Shown: piece after piece, positions 1 to 11,423 of the stretch
Layout: the number at the start of each line of letters is the position of its first letter
Position numbering within the stretch: position 1 is the first letter of the stretch
DNA from: an uncultured Clostridia bacterium
GTDB lineage: Bacteria; Bacillota; Clostridia; TANB77; CAG-508
Reading direction: 5' to 3'
NCBI GenBank assembly: GCA_949948835.1
Contig: CATLHF010000008.1
Span: forward strand, 10,873 to 74,872
DNA: 64,000 nucleotides
Made by a program: the position numbers and the translations under genes
Notes under the pieces: generated by a model
Databases searched by the model: none
Told to the model about the DNA's origin: nothing
The model's input: the letters and a program-made list of their open reading frames with translations, nothing else

Positions 1-75
1 ATCATCTGCTAATATGGTTATTGGAAATGATATTATGCTCATAAAAATTATTAGTATTGCTATTATTTTTCTCAT
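1..75 (-). CDS. 5' end of a probable secreted protein running off the window edge
   Basis: ATG at 75, then MRKIIAILIIFMSIISFPITILADD, which resembles a signal peptide; the frame is open to the window edge. Confidence 0.55.
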   Translation of the reverse strand, partial: MRKIIAILIIFMSIISFPITILADD

Positions 76-124
76 AAAAATCACCATTCTCATTATATTT
101 TGAAAATGGTGATTTTATAACTTT

Positions 125-1342
125 TTATTTTTCAAATGATAATTCGAAATTCATTCCTTGTGTTAGTTTCATGATAAATGTTTTTTCTAAATCTTCTGCT
201 GCAGTACTTAGACTTTCTTTATAAGGAACATTTAAAATAAAAACATTTCCTTCTTGTTTTACTCCTATTTTTCCTACAATATTATTTTCAAAAAAGTTTT
301 CTTGCATATAGGTTGTAAAACTTTTTATAGTAGGAAAATTACTATTTTTAAACTCTTGATTTAAATAATTGTAGATAGTACTATAATCTTTTTCATCAAT
401 TAATTTCATTACTTTATCCATATTGGATAATGCTTTTTGTTCATCTGTTAATCGATTATATTTTTGTATTTGCTCGTCTGATTGAACTGTATAATTATCT
501 AATATAATGGTATATTCATAAATTCCTGTTTCTCTTAATTCATAATAGTTACCAAAATTATCGATAAATCTATATGTCGTTACTCCGCTTTCTTTTGTTA
601 CTCCATGTTTTACAATATTAGCATCTTGCCATGTATTACTATTATTAGTAATATAAGTTTTAAATTGTTCCAAATTATCGTTAAACTTTGCTTTTCGATA
701 GGTTGCATCTAACATATCAAATGCTTCTTCTGGATAATAGATTGCTTTAAATTTATAATCATCAAAATATATTTTTAATATTGATAAATCATTAATGATA
801 TCATTAGGAATTGTATTATATTTTCCTTTTTCAATTAAAATACCACTTTCGTGTATTAATTTAATTTGATTATTTTGTGCATTTGTGTATTCTTCAAGAT
901 TAGAATCTTCTATTTTAAATGCATTATTATTGTAATCTACATTTACCACATAATATTTTTCTTCTTTCTTGCTATCAAAATATAGATTTCCTTTTACAAA
1001 AATCGTTATATTATGTGTCTTGTCAACAGAATACATTTCTTCACTTTGAAATATCCTAATACCTTTATATTCTAATTCATTTACTTCTTTATCGTTTATT
1101 TGCAAATATGCCTCTTTATGGCCTAATTTAATATAATTTATATATTGATTAATACAATTATTGATTCTATAAAATGTAGTTTTGTTTGTTACTTTTTCAC
1201 TATCTAGCAATACCATATCTTCTGCTTCTTCTATTTCTATTCCCTTGTTTAAATGGATTAATAACATGAGTGATACTATAATAATACCTATAACAATTAC
1301 CATTGCACATATTAAAATTAGTATTGTTTTTTTATGATTCAT
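125..1342 (-). CDS. Membrane-anchored hypothetical protein of the T4SS-like cluster
   Basis: 405 aa ORF with one N-terminal TM helix, GGGGG RBS, directly downstream of the hydrolase gene. Confidence 0.75.
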   Translation of the reverse strand: MNHKKTILILICAMVIVIGIIIVSLMLLIHLNKGIEIEEAEDMVLLDSEKVTNKTTFYRINNCINQYINYIKLGHKEAYLQINDKEVNELEYKGIRIFQSEEMYSVDKTHNITIFVKGNLYFDSKKEEKYYVVNVDYNNNAFKIEDSNLEEYTNAQNNQIKLIHESGILIEKGKYNTIPNDIINDLSILKIYFDDYKFKAIYYPEEAFDMLDATYRKAKFNDNLEQFKTYITNNSNTWQDANIVKHGVTKESGVTTYRFIDNFGNYYELRETGIYEYTIILDNYTVQSDEQIQKYNRLTDEQKALSNMDKVMKLIDEKDYSTIYNYLNQEFKNSNFPTIKSFTTYMQENFFENNIVGKIGVKQEGNVFILNVPYKESLSTAAEDLEKTFIMKLTQGMNFELSFEK

Positions 1343-1365
1343 ATATTAGTTTCCCCCTTATATTA

Positions 1366-4108
1366 TTAACGTCCTGTCAAAGAAAAATGCATATAATCTT
1401 TACTTGATTTCCAGTTTCCTCCCCATGACCATCCTTTTGCAGAAAATGCTTTTACTACTGCTCCATTAGAAGATATTGAAAATTCATTTTGTCCTGGTTT
1501 CCAAAAAGAACCAGCTACTACATTGCCATCTTTAATCATATAGTTTTCATCTGGATTAATATCAATTGCAACACCATAGGAATGGTGTGAACGACTACTG
1601 CTTGCTGCAGCACTTCTCCAGCTATATGCTCCTACTGATTTAATTTTAAATCCAGATCGTTGTATATCATCAAATATTTCCTTTACATCATCTGCTACCG
1701 CTTTATGAACTGTTATCTGTCTTGTCGTCTTATTTCCATTTGCATCATTAATATTAATTGTTATTGTGGTTAAATATTGCCTCATTTCTGCTTCTGTTGT
1801 TGGGATTCCATTCGGAAATAAATCCTTTAAGTCTCCAGTTGCTGTTCCTAGCATACCTCCACTTGGTTCTATTATTGGACTTATATCAATTCCAACGGCT
1901 TCATAGAACCTAGACATTTGTGCAAGTGTTGATTCAATCCAATCATCCGCTTGGGTTGGGTGGACTGATGTATTTGGACAATAAATTTTTCCAATATCAG
2001 CAACTGTAAAATTTCCTTGTGGGTAGTATCTTTGGGTTTTTCCTGCACCAGAGATAAATTTACCAAAAGCATCAATTCCATCATAATCAGTTTCATATAT
2101 TCTCCAATGGTAAGTTTCTCCATATTTGTTTGTTACAGTTTTATATGGTCCGTCGGTTCCTGTTATATTAAACCAGTTTCTACATCCGTTAATTGCGTTT
2201 CCAGTCCTTCCAGCACCTGTTTCCGTAATAGAAACAGCTGCTGCAAAGATAGCATTTACTTTATATTTGTCTTGCATGTCTAAAAACGCTTGTGCATTTG
2301 CTACTAATTTTTCACTCTTTGAGTATCCTCCTCCAAATGCTTTTATTAAGGTTTCAACATCTTTAATAAATAAGCTTTCATCGTGTACATCAAAGTTTCC
2401 TACATAACTTCCTTCTACAAATTCAAATGGTTCATACATGCTTGTAAATGCAGAGGTAGCAAAAGTACCTTCTGTTAGTTCTTCACTTTCCATATAGACA
2501 CGAACCATTTCTCGCATTAATTCTGCATGGGTTTGTGTTGTTTTACTATCTTCTAAATATTCATATAGTTCCTCTCTTGCTGTTACAATATTATCAACTG
2601 GAGTCGTAGTTTGTAGAGTACCATTTAGACGAGGATATGCTACCATTTTTCCTACTTTTCCATCTCCGGACAGCTCGATATGGTGCTCCTTTTACATAGG
2701 TTCCTGTTTCATTTGCCCATAATCCCATAAATTCAGATGGAGTAACTAATGTTTTCGTATCACCAGATTTCATCCATTCTCTTTTGATAATTTCTTCGTA
2801 TTTAAATTCGCTTCTATCCGTATCGTAACTACCATGTCCTCCTGGATCACTTTCGTTTGGTAATCTTGTAAGAAGTCCTGCCATTCCATAAGGATATTCT
2901 TTATTAATTTGCATTTCATAATTTGTTTCTTGCTCAATAATCCATGTTTTTGCTTTTGTTACATTGGCTTTTATATTGTCTACTTCAGAAATAATTTCTG
3001 TTTTATCGTGAACAGAATGAGTATACTCATGCCACTCACTTCTTGAAACCCCTGTAACGGTTTCTCCTGATGTTTGTACTTCTCTTTGTTCCCAACCATG
3101 TCTTGTTGCCATATATTCATATATGTAAGTATCCGTTGTGATAGAATCGAAAATCGTAAATTCAACAAAGCTTTGTTTTGTCATTAATTCTGCAACTGCT
3201 GATACATAGTTTGCATTTTGTGTAACTAGTTGTAAGTCAATTAAAAATAAAAAAGGTACTGTATATTGTGATACCATACTTCTATATGGTATTTTTACTT
3301 CGGATATGGTATATTCCATAACACCATTTAAACTATATTTATATGGTTTTACAATACATAAATTCCAAGATTCATCTAATGAAAAATAATTCATCATTTT
3401 ATCTTTTACAGAATCATCTGTTGTTTTTAACATTTCTTGAAATTGTTCATAACCTATGTATGTTAAATCAACCTCTTCTTCTTTTTCTGCTTTGGTATCC
3501 CATTTTTTTCTTTTAATTCTTATAATTCCTTGTGTTTCCTCATCGCTTCCTTCGATATATGGAAATTCTCCAGCAAGTGCTGCACTAATGTATTTATATA
3601 GATACTCAGCTGCTTGTGAATATGGAAGAATGTCATTTCCTGTAATAAGAGTATTATCTGCTATGGAGTAGTCTCCATCACTACCAAGTCCTAAATCATT
3701 TAAATCAATTCCATTTTTTTGTAAATTAATAACAATATTTCTTAAAAATTTTTCTTTATCTAAATGAATTCCTGTTTCATCAATCGTACAGTATTCTTCA
3801 ATCGTTTGGTAGGTAACTTCATCAATGGTTTGTGCATTCTTTTTATCGATATAATCTTCTACTGCTCCTAAAATAATAACGATTGTAATAATAGCAAGTA
3901 ATCCAAGTAAAACAGGCCATGCTACAGCTGCAATTTTTGCTGCTACTTTTGCCCACAATTCTGCCATTTTCTTTTTCAATTCTTGTTTTGCTGCTTGTTT
4001 TGCCTGGTTTGCTACTTGTTTTGCTGCTTGATTCGCTTGTTGCTTTGCAAATTGTCCTACAGCAGATTGTTTTTGCTCCTGCTCTTGGTTTTGATTTTCT
4101 TCGTCCAT
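1366..4108 (-). CDS. Membrane-anchored cell-wall hydrolase (glucosaminidase + M15-family peptidase), VirB1-like; ~913 aa if read via +1 shift at CGGA 2665-2668
   Basis: ORFs 2594-4108 and 1366-2646 join as GCT GTC c GGA GAT GGA AAA GTA GGA AAA ATG GTA. The C-terminal part has a glucosaminidase-like motif (VNAIFAAAVSITETG..NWFNI) and M15 motifs (SHHSYGVAIDINP, WGGNW, DYMHF). Confidence 0.75.
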
Positions 4109-4143
4109 ATGTCACCTCTTTTCTACCTACATTTTTTAGTTTG

Positions 4144-5112
4144 TTAAAGTTCAATATTAAATCGTAATCGGTTAGTATATTCTTTTTTGTTTTGTGTTTT
4201 TTCGTATTCTTCATAATCAGCAATTACATCACTAAATATCATTTGCCTCATAATAATTTTATTAGAATATATTTTATTAAAACGAATTGTTAATTTTTTA
4301 TTTTCTTCTGGTTTTACAATCGTTTGTGTTTTATCGATTTCATACGAAAATGCATCATAATGATTGTCATTTGACCCTAATAAATAAATAGAATCCACTG
4401 TTTCTTTGCTATCTAATAGTATCGTTTTTGAGGTCATGTTTTCAATTGTAATGTCATAAGATTCGTATTCTTTATAAATATCTTTGCAAACAATATTAAT
4501 GGTAATTCCATTAATTTGTTTTTGTTTCTCCACTTTTTCTCTTCGAATATAATTGTTAATGTTTAGTTTATATCCGTTTTCATTTGGAATTATAGTATAA
4601 TAATTTTCTACTACATCATGAGAAGAATTTAATTTTCCAGTTGATAAAATATCATCTTGTATGGTTACTCGGTAAGTGTTTATATAACCACTTATCCAGC
4701 TTTGGATACTTGCCATTTTTTTCGTTACAAATATCTTATCAACATAGTTTTTTCTAAAATATTCCATATTTCCAAAAAATAATTCTTCTTTACATTCGTC
4801 TGTTAATAAGCCATATGCTTGTTCAATTTCTTTGTTATTACAATAAGTAATAAATTGTTCAATGATTTTTGTGTTTGCCTCTTTTGTATCTTGTTTTACT
4901 TCATTTCCTGTAATAATAGGTCTAGATGTTGTATCTTCTTTCTCTACAATCGTATTTTGTATTTGGTTATTTTTCATAGCATTTTCTTGTTTTATATTGT
5001 TGTTTACCATTTGTATTAAATATAAAACAAGGACAATGGCAAAGATTACCGCAAATATAACATATCGACTTTCAAATATATTTCTTCTTATGTTACTATT
5101 TTTAATAATCAT
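4144..5112 (-). CDS. Membrane-anchored hypothetical protein of the T4SS-like cluster
   Basis: 322 aa, N-terminal TM helix, lies between the VirB6-like and hydrolase genes. Confidence 0.75.
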   Translation of the reverse strand: MIIKNSNIRRNIFESRYVIFAVIFAIVLVLYLIQMVNNNIKQENAMKNNQIQNTIVEKEDTTSRPIITGNEVKQDTKEANTKIIEQFITYCNNKEIEQAYGLLTDECKEELFFGNMEYFRKNYVDKIFVTKKMASIQSWISGYINTYRVTIQDDILSTGKLNSSHDVVENYYTIIPNENGYKLNINNYIRREKVEKQKQINGITINIVCKDIYKEYESYDITIENMTSKTILLDSKETVDSIYLLGSNDNHYDAFSYEIDKTQTIVKPEENKKLTIRFNKIYSNKIIMRQMIFSDVIADYEEYEKTQNKKEYTNRLRFNIEL

Positions 5113-5142
5113 CCCATTATCCTCCTGTTTTTTTATGCTATT

Positions 5143-7761
5143 TTATACAGCAGAGTTTCTCCAATCTTCGTATCCTTGGAAGATTTGTCTTGCCATCGCT
5201 TCGTTATTTGCTTTTTGTTTTTCATCTTGTGGTTTTCCTAACATTCCTGAAATACGACTAATTTCTTTAGCTTTAACTTTATCATCTGAGTATGCTTTTT
5301 TGTCGATATCCATATCTTTATAGCTTTGTACAATGTTTTGTACTTGTTCTCTTGCATCTTTTTCAGACAATTTACCTTGACTGTCTTTTATGTATTTTTC
5401 TTCTAATGCTTTTGCTCTTCTTATTTCAGTCTCATTCGTAATTCCAGCTTTTCTGTAGTCTTGTACGAAATCTTGTACTTGTTTTTTGGTATATCCTTGG
5501 TTTTTATAGAACTTATCATAGAAATCGTCAAATTTTTGACCTCTAAAATATTCTTTATCTGCTCTTGCATTTCTTGCATCTGTTTTATTACCATATTTTC
5601 CTGATCCATAAGCATCACGTACATTTCGTTCTTGCATTACTTTTCCAGCCGTTGCTTCAAATGTATTGCCACCTGTTGAAAAACCAATTGCGCCTGCACC
5701 AAGAGCCATTGATAATGCTTTTTCTCCATCTCCTGTTGTAGCTCCTATAATTCCACCCATAGCTGCCATACCAATTGCTGGCATTACTCTTGCTGCTGTT
5801 TTTAAAGTTCCCCTTGCCGCCGTATATGCTACTGCAGGTGCGGCTGCTTTAATTCCTCTCCAAGTTTGGTATGCTTTTATTTTGCGCTGTCTTGATAATT
5901 CTCCAGATTCTTTATCTAGTTTATGTTGTGCCTTTTTCTCAGCTTTTAACTCTTTTTGTCTTGTTTTTCTATCTAAAGCTTCTTGTCTATCTCTATCTCT
6001 CATGGTTTGCCATGTTTCTGGTTCGTTTGGTTTTGCTGGCTCATTTGGTGTCTCTGGTCCATCTAATGGTGGAGGTGGTGGCACATCATTTTCAGAATCG
6101 GTTTGCCCTTCCTCTTCTTCTGATAATTGATTCTCCCTTTCTCTTAAATCTTGATATTGCCTTTGTAATTCTTGATGTTTTGGGTCTAAGTAATATGGAT
6201 CTGACTCATCATATTGTGCAAGTTGTTGTTCAAGCTCTTCTTTTTCTTTTGCATCTAAATATTTTTGCATTTCTTCTTGTGCTTTTTTTGCTTTTTCTTC
6301 TCTTTCTTTTTTGGCTATTTCTTCTGGTGATAGAGCATTTTCTCCGTTCTTATTTCCATCGCTTACATATGCTGCTGGCTCTCTACTATTTGCTCCAATT
6401 ACACTTCCTGCATCTCTTCCTTGGAATGCTTTAAATGGTTTGTTTGCTCCGTCATCTTTTCCTATTCTTTCTCCTGGTTCTTTGGTTCTTATTTTTCCAT
6501 TTCCGCCAGATGGTCCTACTTTTCCAGCACTGCTTAGTGCTTTTCCTGCCATTGTGGTAACCCCGGCTGCGGCTGCAAGTGAACCAACGGTTCCTCCGCT
6601 TGCTTTATCAAATCCAAACATTTTCTTAACTAGTTTTTCAGCGGCAATGATAAATCCTAATGCAACAACTGCATAAAGTGGGTTTTTTGCTGCAAGTTCT
6701 ATTGCTGTTCCTAATAACACTTTATATAATAATAAATGTACTGGTTGAATTAATGCATTATAGGTATATTCTTTTAACCATATATTAAACGCTTGGGCTT
6801 TTCCATCTCCAACTTTATCAATTGGGTAAGTTAGGGCAACCATTGGTGCCATTAAAGTTAAAAACGCCATGTTAACAACCCTTTTTAAGTACACCCAAGT
6901 AAATCGAATGGAATAAATAACTAGCATTACATATAGTGCAAAAAATGCAACTTTTACGTTTAAGTCTGATGCTTGTACCATAAAACGTACATATCCCATT
7001 AAGTTAGTAGAAAAGTCTAGTGTTCCACTGCCCCACCAGTGTGGGTCAACTTTGGTTGCATGTACCATAATAGTTTGATTATCATCTGATGAAACCATAG
7101 CTGTTATGGTTTCTGCCATCGTTAAGGCAAATGACATAATATAATGTAATACCAGTACTAGGCACATGGCAATTAGCCAGTCCATTAACATTTGTTTATA
7201 TTTTGCTTTATCTGCTGCTACACTAGTCATTAGCATTCGAATTCCTAGATAAATTAATACCGATAGTAATCCGACAACTGCAATACTACGAAGTGCTAAA
7301 TACCAGCTTGAAATTGTTGCACGTAATTGTACTGCAGTATTTCTTTCGTCATCACCTTTTACGGATGGATTAATAAAGTTAATATCTAATGCTGGTACTT
7401 GGTTTTGGAAAATTGCTTCTGGTGTATAACGAATCATTGGTACATTAACCGCATCAATTCCAAAGAAACTTCCATCAATTGCTTCATCTGTTTCGATACT
7501 CCCCCCTGGTGTTCCTGGTAAATTATATAGGTCACTATCGTTAATATCTTTCATAAAGCCTTCTGTTTCACCTAACATTGTCATTTCTAATAAATGCTGA
7601 ATACCATCAAATATCGCGGTTACGAATGCAAAAATTGGACTTAGTAACTTTCCTCCCCAATCCGCTTGTACGGTTGTTGGTGTTACAAAGGTTGTTAAGA
7701 TTACAATTAATATTGCGATAACTGTCTTTTGTACGACTCCTTTATTCGTAAAAAACTTCAT
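5143..7761 (-). CDS. VirB6/TrbL-like polytopic conjugation membrane protein with a long charged/Pro-rich C-terminal region
   Basis: 872 aa, multiple TM helices, motif 'MAFLTLMAPMVALTYPIDKVGDGKAQAFNIWLKEY', adjacent to virB4. Confidence 0.7.
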   Translation of the reverse strand: MKFFTNKGVVQKTVIAILIVILTTFVTPTTVQADWGGKLLSPIFAFVTAIFDGIQHLLEMTMLGETEGFMKDINDSDLYNLPGTPGGSIETDEAIDGSFFGIDAVNVPMIRYTPEAIFQNQVPALDINFINPSVKGDDERNTAVQLRATISSWYLALRSIAVVGLLSVLIYLGIRMLMTSVAADKAKYKQMLMDWLIAMCLVLVLHYIMSFALTMAETITAMVSSDDNQTIMVHATKVDPHWWGSGTLDFSTNLMGYVRFMVQASDLNVKVAFFALYVMLVIYSIRFTWVYLKRVVNMAFLTLMAPMVALTYPIDKVGDGKAQAFNIWLKEYTYNALIQPVHLLLYKVLLGTAIELAAKNPLYAVVALGFIIAAEKLVKKMFGFDKASGGTVGSLAAAAGVTTMAGKALSSAGKVGPSGGNGKIRTKEPGERIGKDDGANKPFKAFQGRDAGSVIGANSREPAAYVSDGNKNGENALSPEEIAKKEREEKAKKAQEEMQKYLDAKEKEELEQQLAQYDESDPYYLDPKHQELQRQYQDLRERENQLSEEEEGQTDSENDVPPPPPLDGPETPNEPAKPNEPETWQTMRDRDRQEALDRKTRQKELKAEKKAQHKLDKESGELSRQRKIKAYQTWRGIKAAAPAVAYTAARGTLKTAARVMPAIGMAAMGGIIGATTGDGEKALSMALGAGAIGFSTGGNTFEATAGKVMQERNVRDAYGSGKYGNKTDARNARADKEYFRGQKFDDFYDKFYKNQGYTKKQVQDFVQDYRKAGITNETEIRRAKALEEKYIKDSQGKLSEKDAREQVQNIVQSYKDMDIDKKAYSDDKVKAKEISRISGMLGKPQDEKQKANNEAMARQIFQGYEDWRNSAV

Positions 7762-7773
7762 GGTTTCCCCTTT

Positions 7774-9750
7774 CTATTGTATTGCTTTTTTCTTTTTCAT
7801 GTTTACGATATTATTTAAGTTTGTTTCTACAAACTCGAATTCTTTTGCAGTTGGTGTAATTTGTAAAATCGCGGTATCTTGTCCTACTTTTAATAATCCC
7901 TCTCCTTTTAAACAAGTTACTAAGAAACCTGCTTCTCCTTCGGAAAGTTTAAATACTTCTTTTAAGTATCCAATTTCGGATTTATCTTGTGCTAAAAATA
8001 GCTTCGTATCGGATGATGTTAATACTGCTTGTGCTTCTTGTTTTTCATAAAAATCCTGGAATCTTTGTGAAATAATGGCTAACGACACATTTCTTTTTCT
8101 GGCACGTCTTGCCATTGTATTTAAAAAGTCTACTGCTTCTGGATATGGAAGTAACATCCATGCTTCATCGACTAGTACCCTTTTCTTCTTTGCTTTTGTT
8201 CTATCTTCACTGTTTTTCTTAACATATTTTTCCCAAATCCAAGAAAGTAAGATTTGTTGTGCAAGTGGTCTTGCAAATCTTTCTTCTAGCTGAGATATGT
8301 CTAGATTGATAAATGGCACACCATCTAATAATTCGAAGGTAGATTGTCCATCAAAATATGCCATTTGTCCTTCGTATTCACGAATGTATTGTTTCATAAC
8401 TTTTAGTAAATAGCTATAATGGAATTTGTAATCCGAGTTATCATTTTCTTCTGCTTTTCTTAAAATTCTTTTATACCAGCTACCAATGGTTGGCATTAAT
8501 TTTTTCTTTCTTGCAAGCATGTTTCCTGTTGCCATATTTGCTGCTGAATCGTATAGGCTTGATGGGTCTGATGTAATTTTCATAGCGGCATATTCTTCAG
8601 AAACAGCTTCTGCTATAATTTGTTTGGTTAATTCGTTTACTTCATCACTTCTTGTACTACCTCTTGCCATAGTAAGTAGCGCTTGTGTTACGTCTTCTAC
8701 TTTATTTTCTACGTTAACAACTACTCTTTCTTTTCCTGTAATTTCATCTTTTATGATTTCTGGTTCAATATCAAATAAGTTGATAACGGTTTTCGATGTT
8801 GGGCTTAATACTACGTTAATTCCTCCTAGGGATTCCGCAACAATCGTGTACTCGCCTTCGGCATCTAGTGCTAAACTTTCAATTCCCATTAGTACGGCTG
8901 ATCTTGAAATTAATGTTTTCATGGTTACCGATTTACCAGCACCAGACTTTGCAAATATTACCATGTTGTAGTTGGTAAGGGATGGATGGAAGTTATCAAA
9001 TAAAATAGGAACTCCCGTCTGTTTGTTAAATCCCAAAGGAACACCTGTAGAATGTCCTACTTCTGAGGTAGTAAATGGGAATACCGTTCCCATAGAGCGT
9101 CTATCAAATGTATGTACTTTTTTTAGTTTGTTGTCCATTAATGGAAGATTACTTTTAAAAGCATCTTCTTGAATTCCCCATGCACTTTTTACACTTACTA
9201 ATGATTTTGACATTTCAGTTGATAATAGTGCTGTTAGTTTATCTAAATCTTCTAGGCTATAAGCAAACATGGTTGAAACAATAGATGCTTCAAATAGTTT
9301 GTTATATCCTGCTGCAATTTCATCTCTTAATTGTTCTGCTTCATATCGTTTTTGTCCTACCGTACTTTGTCTGTTAATGTTTCCACGGTCTGCTGCAACA
9401 ATTCTTTCGGTTTCTAATTGGTTAATAACCCTGTTTAATTCGTTTTGTGATTTTGCTTCTGGCACTGGGTTTATATAAATTGATGTATTGGTATCTCCAA
9501 ATAGATATAGGTCACGGAACAATTCTGGGAATGTTGCCATTCTTGGAAGAGATGATACAAAGAAGCTTCTTGCATATCGTTTGGTGTTCGATATGATTTC
9601 TAAGTGGTCAATGTTAGATGCATCAATTCCAGATGGTGCAATTAATTCTTTAATGGTCTTTTTTCTTAAAACATTATATTGTTCTTGGTTGTTATTCATT
9701 AGCTGCTGATTTTCTTCTTCTTGTTGTTTTCTTTTGTTTTTCTTCCACAT
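7774..9750 (-). CDS. virB4: VirB4-family conjugation ATPase
   Basis: Walker A AKSGAGKS, Walker B VLVDEAW, RRARKRN and LDAEGEY motifs; start placed at ATG 9750 behind a GGAGG RBS. Confidence 0.88.
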   Translation of the reverse strand: MWKKNKRKQQEEENQQLMNNNQEQYNVLRKKTIKELIAPSGIDASNIDHLEIISNTKRYARSFFVSSLPRMATFPELFRDLYLFGDTNTSIYINPVPEAKSQNELNRVINQLETERIVAADRGNINRQSTVGQKRYEAEQLRDEIAAGYNKLFEASIVSTMFAYSLEDLDKLTALLSTEMSKSLVSVKSAWGIQEDAFKSNLPLMDNKLKKVHTFDRRSMGTVFPFTTSEVGHSTGVPLGFNKQTGVPILFDNFHPSLTNYNMVIFAKSGAGKSVTMKTLISRSAVLMGIESLALDAEGEYTIVAESLGGINVVLSPTSKTVINLFDIEPEIIKDEITGKERVVVNVENKVEDVTQALLTMARGSTRSDEVNELTKQIIAEAVSEEYAAMKITSDPSSLYDSAANMATGNMLARKKKLMPTIGSWYKRILRKAEENDNSDYKFHYSYLLKVMKQYIREYEGQMAYFDGQSTFELLDGVPFINLDISQLEERFARPLAQQILLSWIWEKYVKKNSEDRTKAKKKRVLVDEAWMLLPYPEAVDFLNTMARRARKRNVSLAIISQRFQDFYEKQEAQAVLTSSDTKLFLAQDKSEIGYLKEVFKLSEGEAGFLVTCLKGEGLLKVGQDTAILQITPTAKEFEFVETNLNNIVNMKKKKAIQ

Positions 9751-10921
9751 CTTTTGTTCCTCCTTCCTCTTGGTCGTTTTCTTCTTCTTCAATTAATCTG
9801 GTTGCTGATTCTGTTGTTTGTCTTCCTAAGTAAGCAGCATTTTGTTTAATAATCATTTGTGCTCTTTGTCTTACTAGTTCTTCCAGTCTTGCTCGTTTTT
9901 GGTCGATTTGTTGTTGTTTTGGACTTCTTGCTTGCATTACCTTTTCATTTGCTAGTGTCATTGCTCTTCTTTCAATTTCTTCATCTAATGCTCGCATTGT
10001 TTTATCTAATACATCTGGTGCCGTTGTGTATAGTTCATCATATCCAGAACGTGCTGCTCGATCAATACTAAACACTTCTGCTTCATCACGGTTATAAGCA
10101 ACATATAATAGATCTGCTAATTCTTCTGAGTTTAATATTTTTCCTCCTACATCACAACCAGCAAGTGTCCTGATAATGGATTGTGCTCTTGTGTATAGTT
10201 CTTGGAATGCAATGTTTCTAATTTCTTCTTTATCAAACGAGTTGTTTGATCCTAGGTCTTCTACATAGTATGGAATGATGACATAGTATTTTTTACTTAA
10301 TACGTTTTTGTTTTGACTCATTCTTTTGGTATTGGCAATAATGTCTTTTCCATATTCATATAAGTTTGTTTGTTTGGTTACTTCAAAGAAATCTTTGTTT
10401 AGTTCTTCTCTTGAAGCTAAACCAGATTGTAATTTTTTTAAATATTCATTTTTCTTTTTCTCTAATTCATACCCAATTTCTTCTACTTTTCTTTGGTAAC
10501 CTTCAATACTATCGTTTAAGTTAACGGTTCTTGTTTGTACATAGATTTGGACTGGATGACGTAGGGTATTTAAGAATTGAAGGAATCCCTCTTCTACTCC
10601 TATTTTTTCGTTTTCTGACATTAGGTCATAGTTAATACCCTGGCATTCTACTACCATGATATAACGCATCCCCTTTTTTTGTATAATCATGTTATCTTCA
10701 ATTCCTTCAAATTCCATGAATTTTAAGATGGATTGTTTCGTATATTCTTTTGCAATTTTTTTGGCATCACTTGTTTTTTCCCCTGTTACTTCTTCTGTTT
10801 CTTTTTTCTTTCTACTTCTTGTCCAGAAAAACAAGAACGCAGCTGCAAGTATAACTAATACAACAATCATCACAATTAATACAATGGTTAATACTTGTGT
10901 TATTTGATCTGCACTATTCAT
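9692..10921 (-). CDS. T4SS-associated membrane-anchored coiled-coil protein
   Basis: 409 aa, N-terminal TM helix, between prgI and virB4 and overlapping both. Confidence 0.75.
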   Translation of the reverse strand: MNSADQITQVLTIVLIVMIVVLVILAAAFLFFWTRSRKKKETEEVTGEKTSDAKKIAKEYTKQSILKFMEFEGIEDNMIIQKKGMRYIMVVECQGINYDLMSENEKIGVEEGFLQFLNTLRHPVQIYVQTRTVNLNDSIEGYQRKVEEIGYELEKKKNEYLKKLQSGLASREELNKDFFEVTKQTNLYEYGKDIIANTKRMSQNKNVLSKKYYVIIPYYVEDLGSNNSFDKEEIRNIAFQELYTRAQSIIRTLAGCDVGGKILNSEELADLLYVAYNRDEAEVFSIDRAARSGYDELYTTAPDVLDKTMRALDEEIERRAMTLANEKVMQARSPKQQQIDQKRARLEELVRQRAQMIIKQNAAYLGRQTTESATRLIEEEENDQEEGGTKDVEEKQKKTTRRRKSAANE

Positions 10922-11264
10922 CTTTGGTATCCTCCTCTATTTCATAGGTATAAATTCGATTATTTGCTTTTTTAAATTTAATGGCTCTTATAATAATATC
11001 ATCAATGTTTTCTCCACCGACTTTTTTGGTAAAAGCAAATGCCCCTACATCTGGAACTTTAAAGGTTCCAATACAAAATCCAATCACAGCAAATATAGCT
11101 ATTACTAACATTCCAATCATTTTAGCACCAAATGCTGCAATGATTAAATAAAAGATAAATCCTATTGCTGCTGCTACCAAAGTATATATCATTGATTTTC
11201 CAGTAAAGATAAACAAAATTCTTCCTTCATCTTTTACATTTCTTGGTATATTGTATGGACCCAT
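10914..11264 (-). CDS. prgI: PrgI-family (VirB3-like) membrane protein
   Basis: 116 aa, 'YNIPRNVKDEGRILFIFT' followed by two TM helices, upstream of virB4. Confidence 0.75.
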   Translation of the reverse strand: MGPYNIPRNVKDEGRILFIFTGKSMIYTLVAAAIGFIFYLIIAAFGAKMIGMLVIAIFAVIGFCIGTFKVPDVGAFAFTKKVGGENIDDIIIRAIKFKKANNRIYTYEIEEDTKDE

Positions 11265-11382
11265 GTTTTTCCTCCTCTAGGGCATAATTTTAACTAATAT
11301 CATTATACCAGAAAATGCGAAAAAATGTAACATTTTCAGCGAAAATATTACATTTTTAATCTAATTGTAATATGAATGAAAC

Positions 11383-11416
11383 AAAAAACCAAGAAAAGAT
11401 CGTTTTCTTGGTTTTT
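11383..11416 (-). terminator. Rho-independent terminator after the pilin gene
   Basis: Hairpin AAAAACCAAGAAAA-gatcg-TTTTCTTGGTTTTT. Confidence 0.7.
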
Positions 11417-11423
11417 ATTGCTA

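Noticed and set aside
9692-9792. Overlap of the 409-aa gene with virB4 as a frameshift fusion
   Set aside because: virB4 has its own GGAGG RBS and ATG at 9750, and there is no CGG at the junction; this is ordinary gene overlap.
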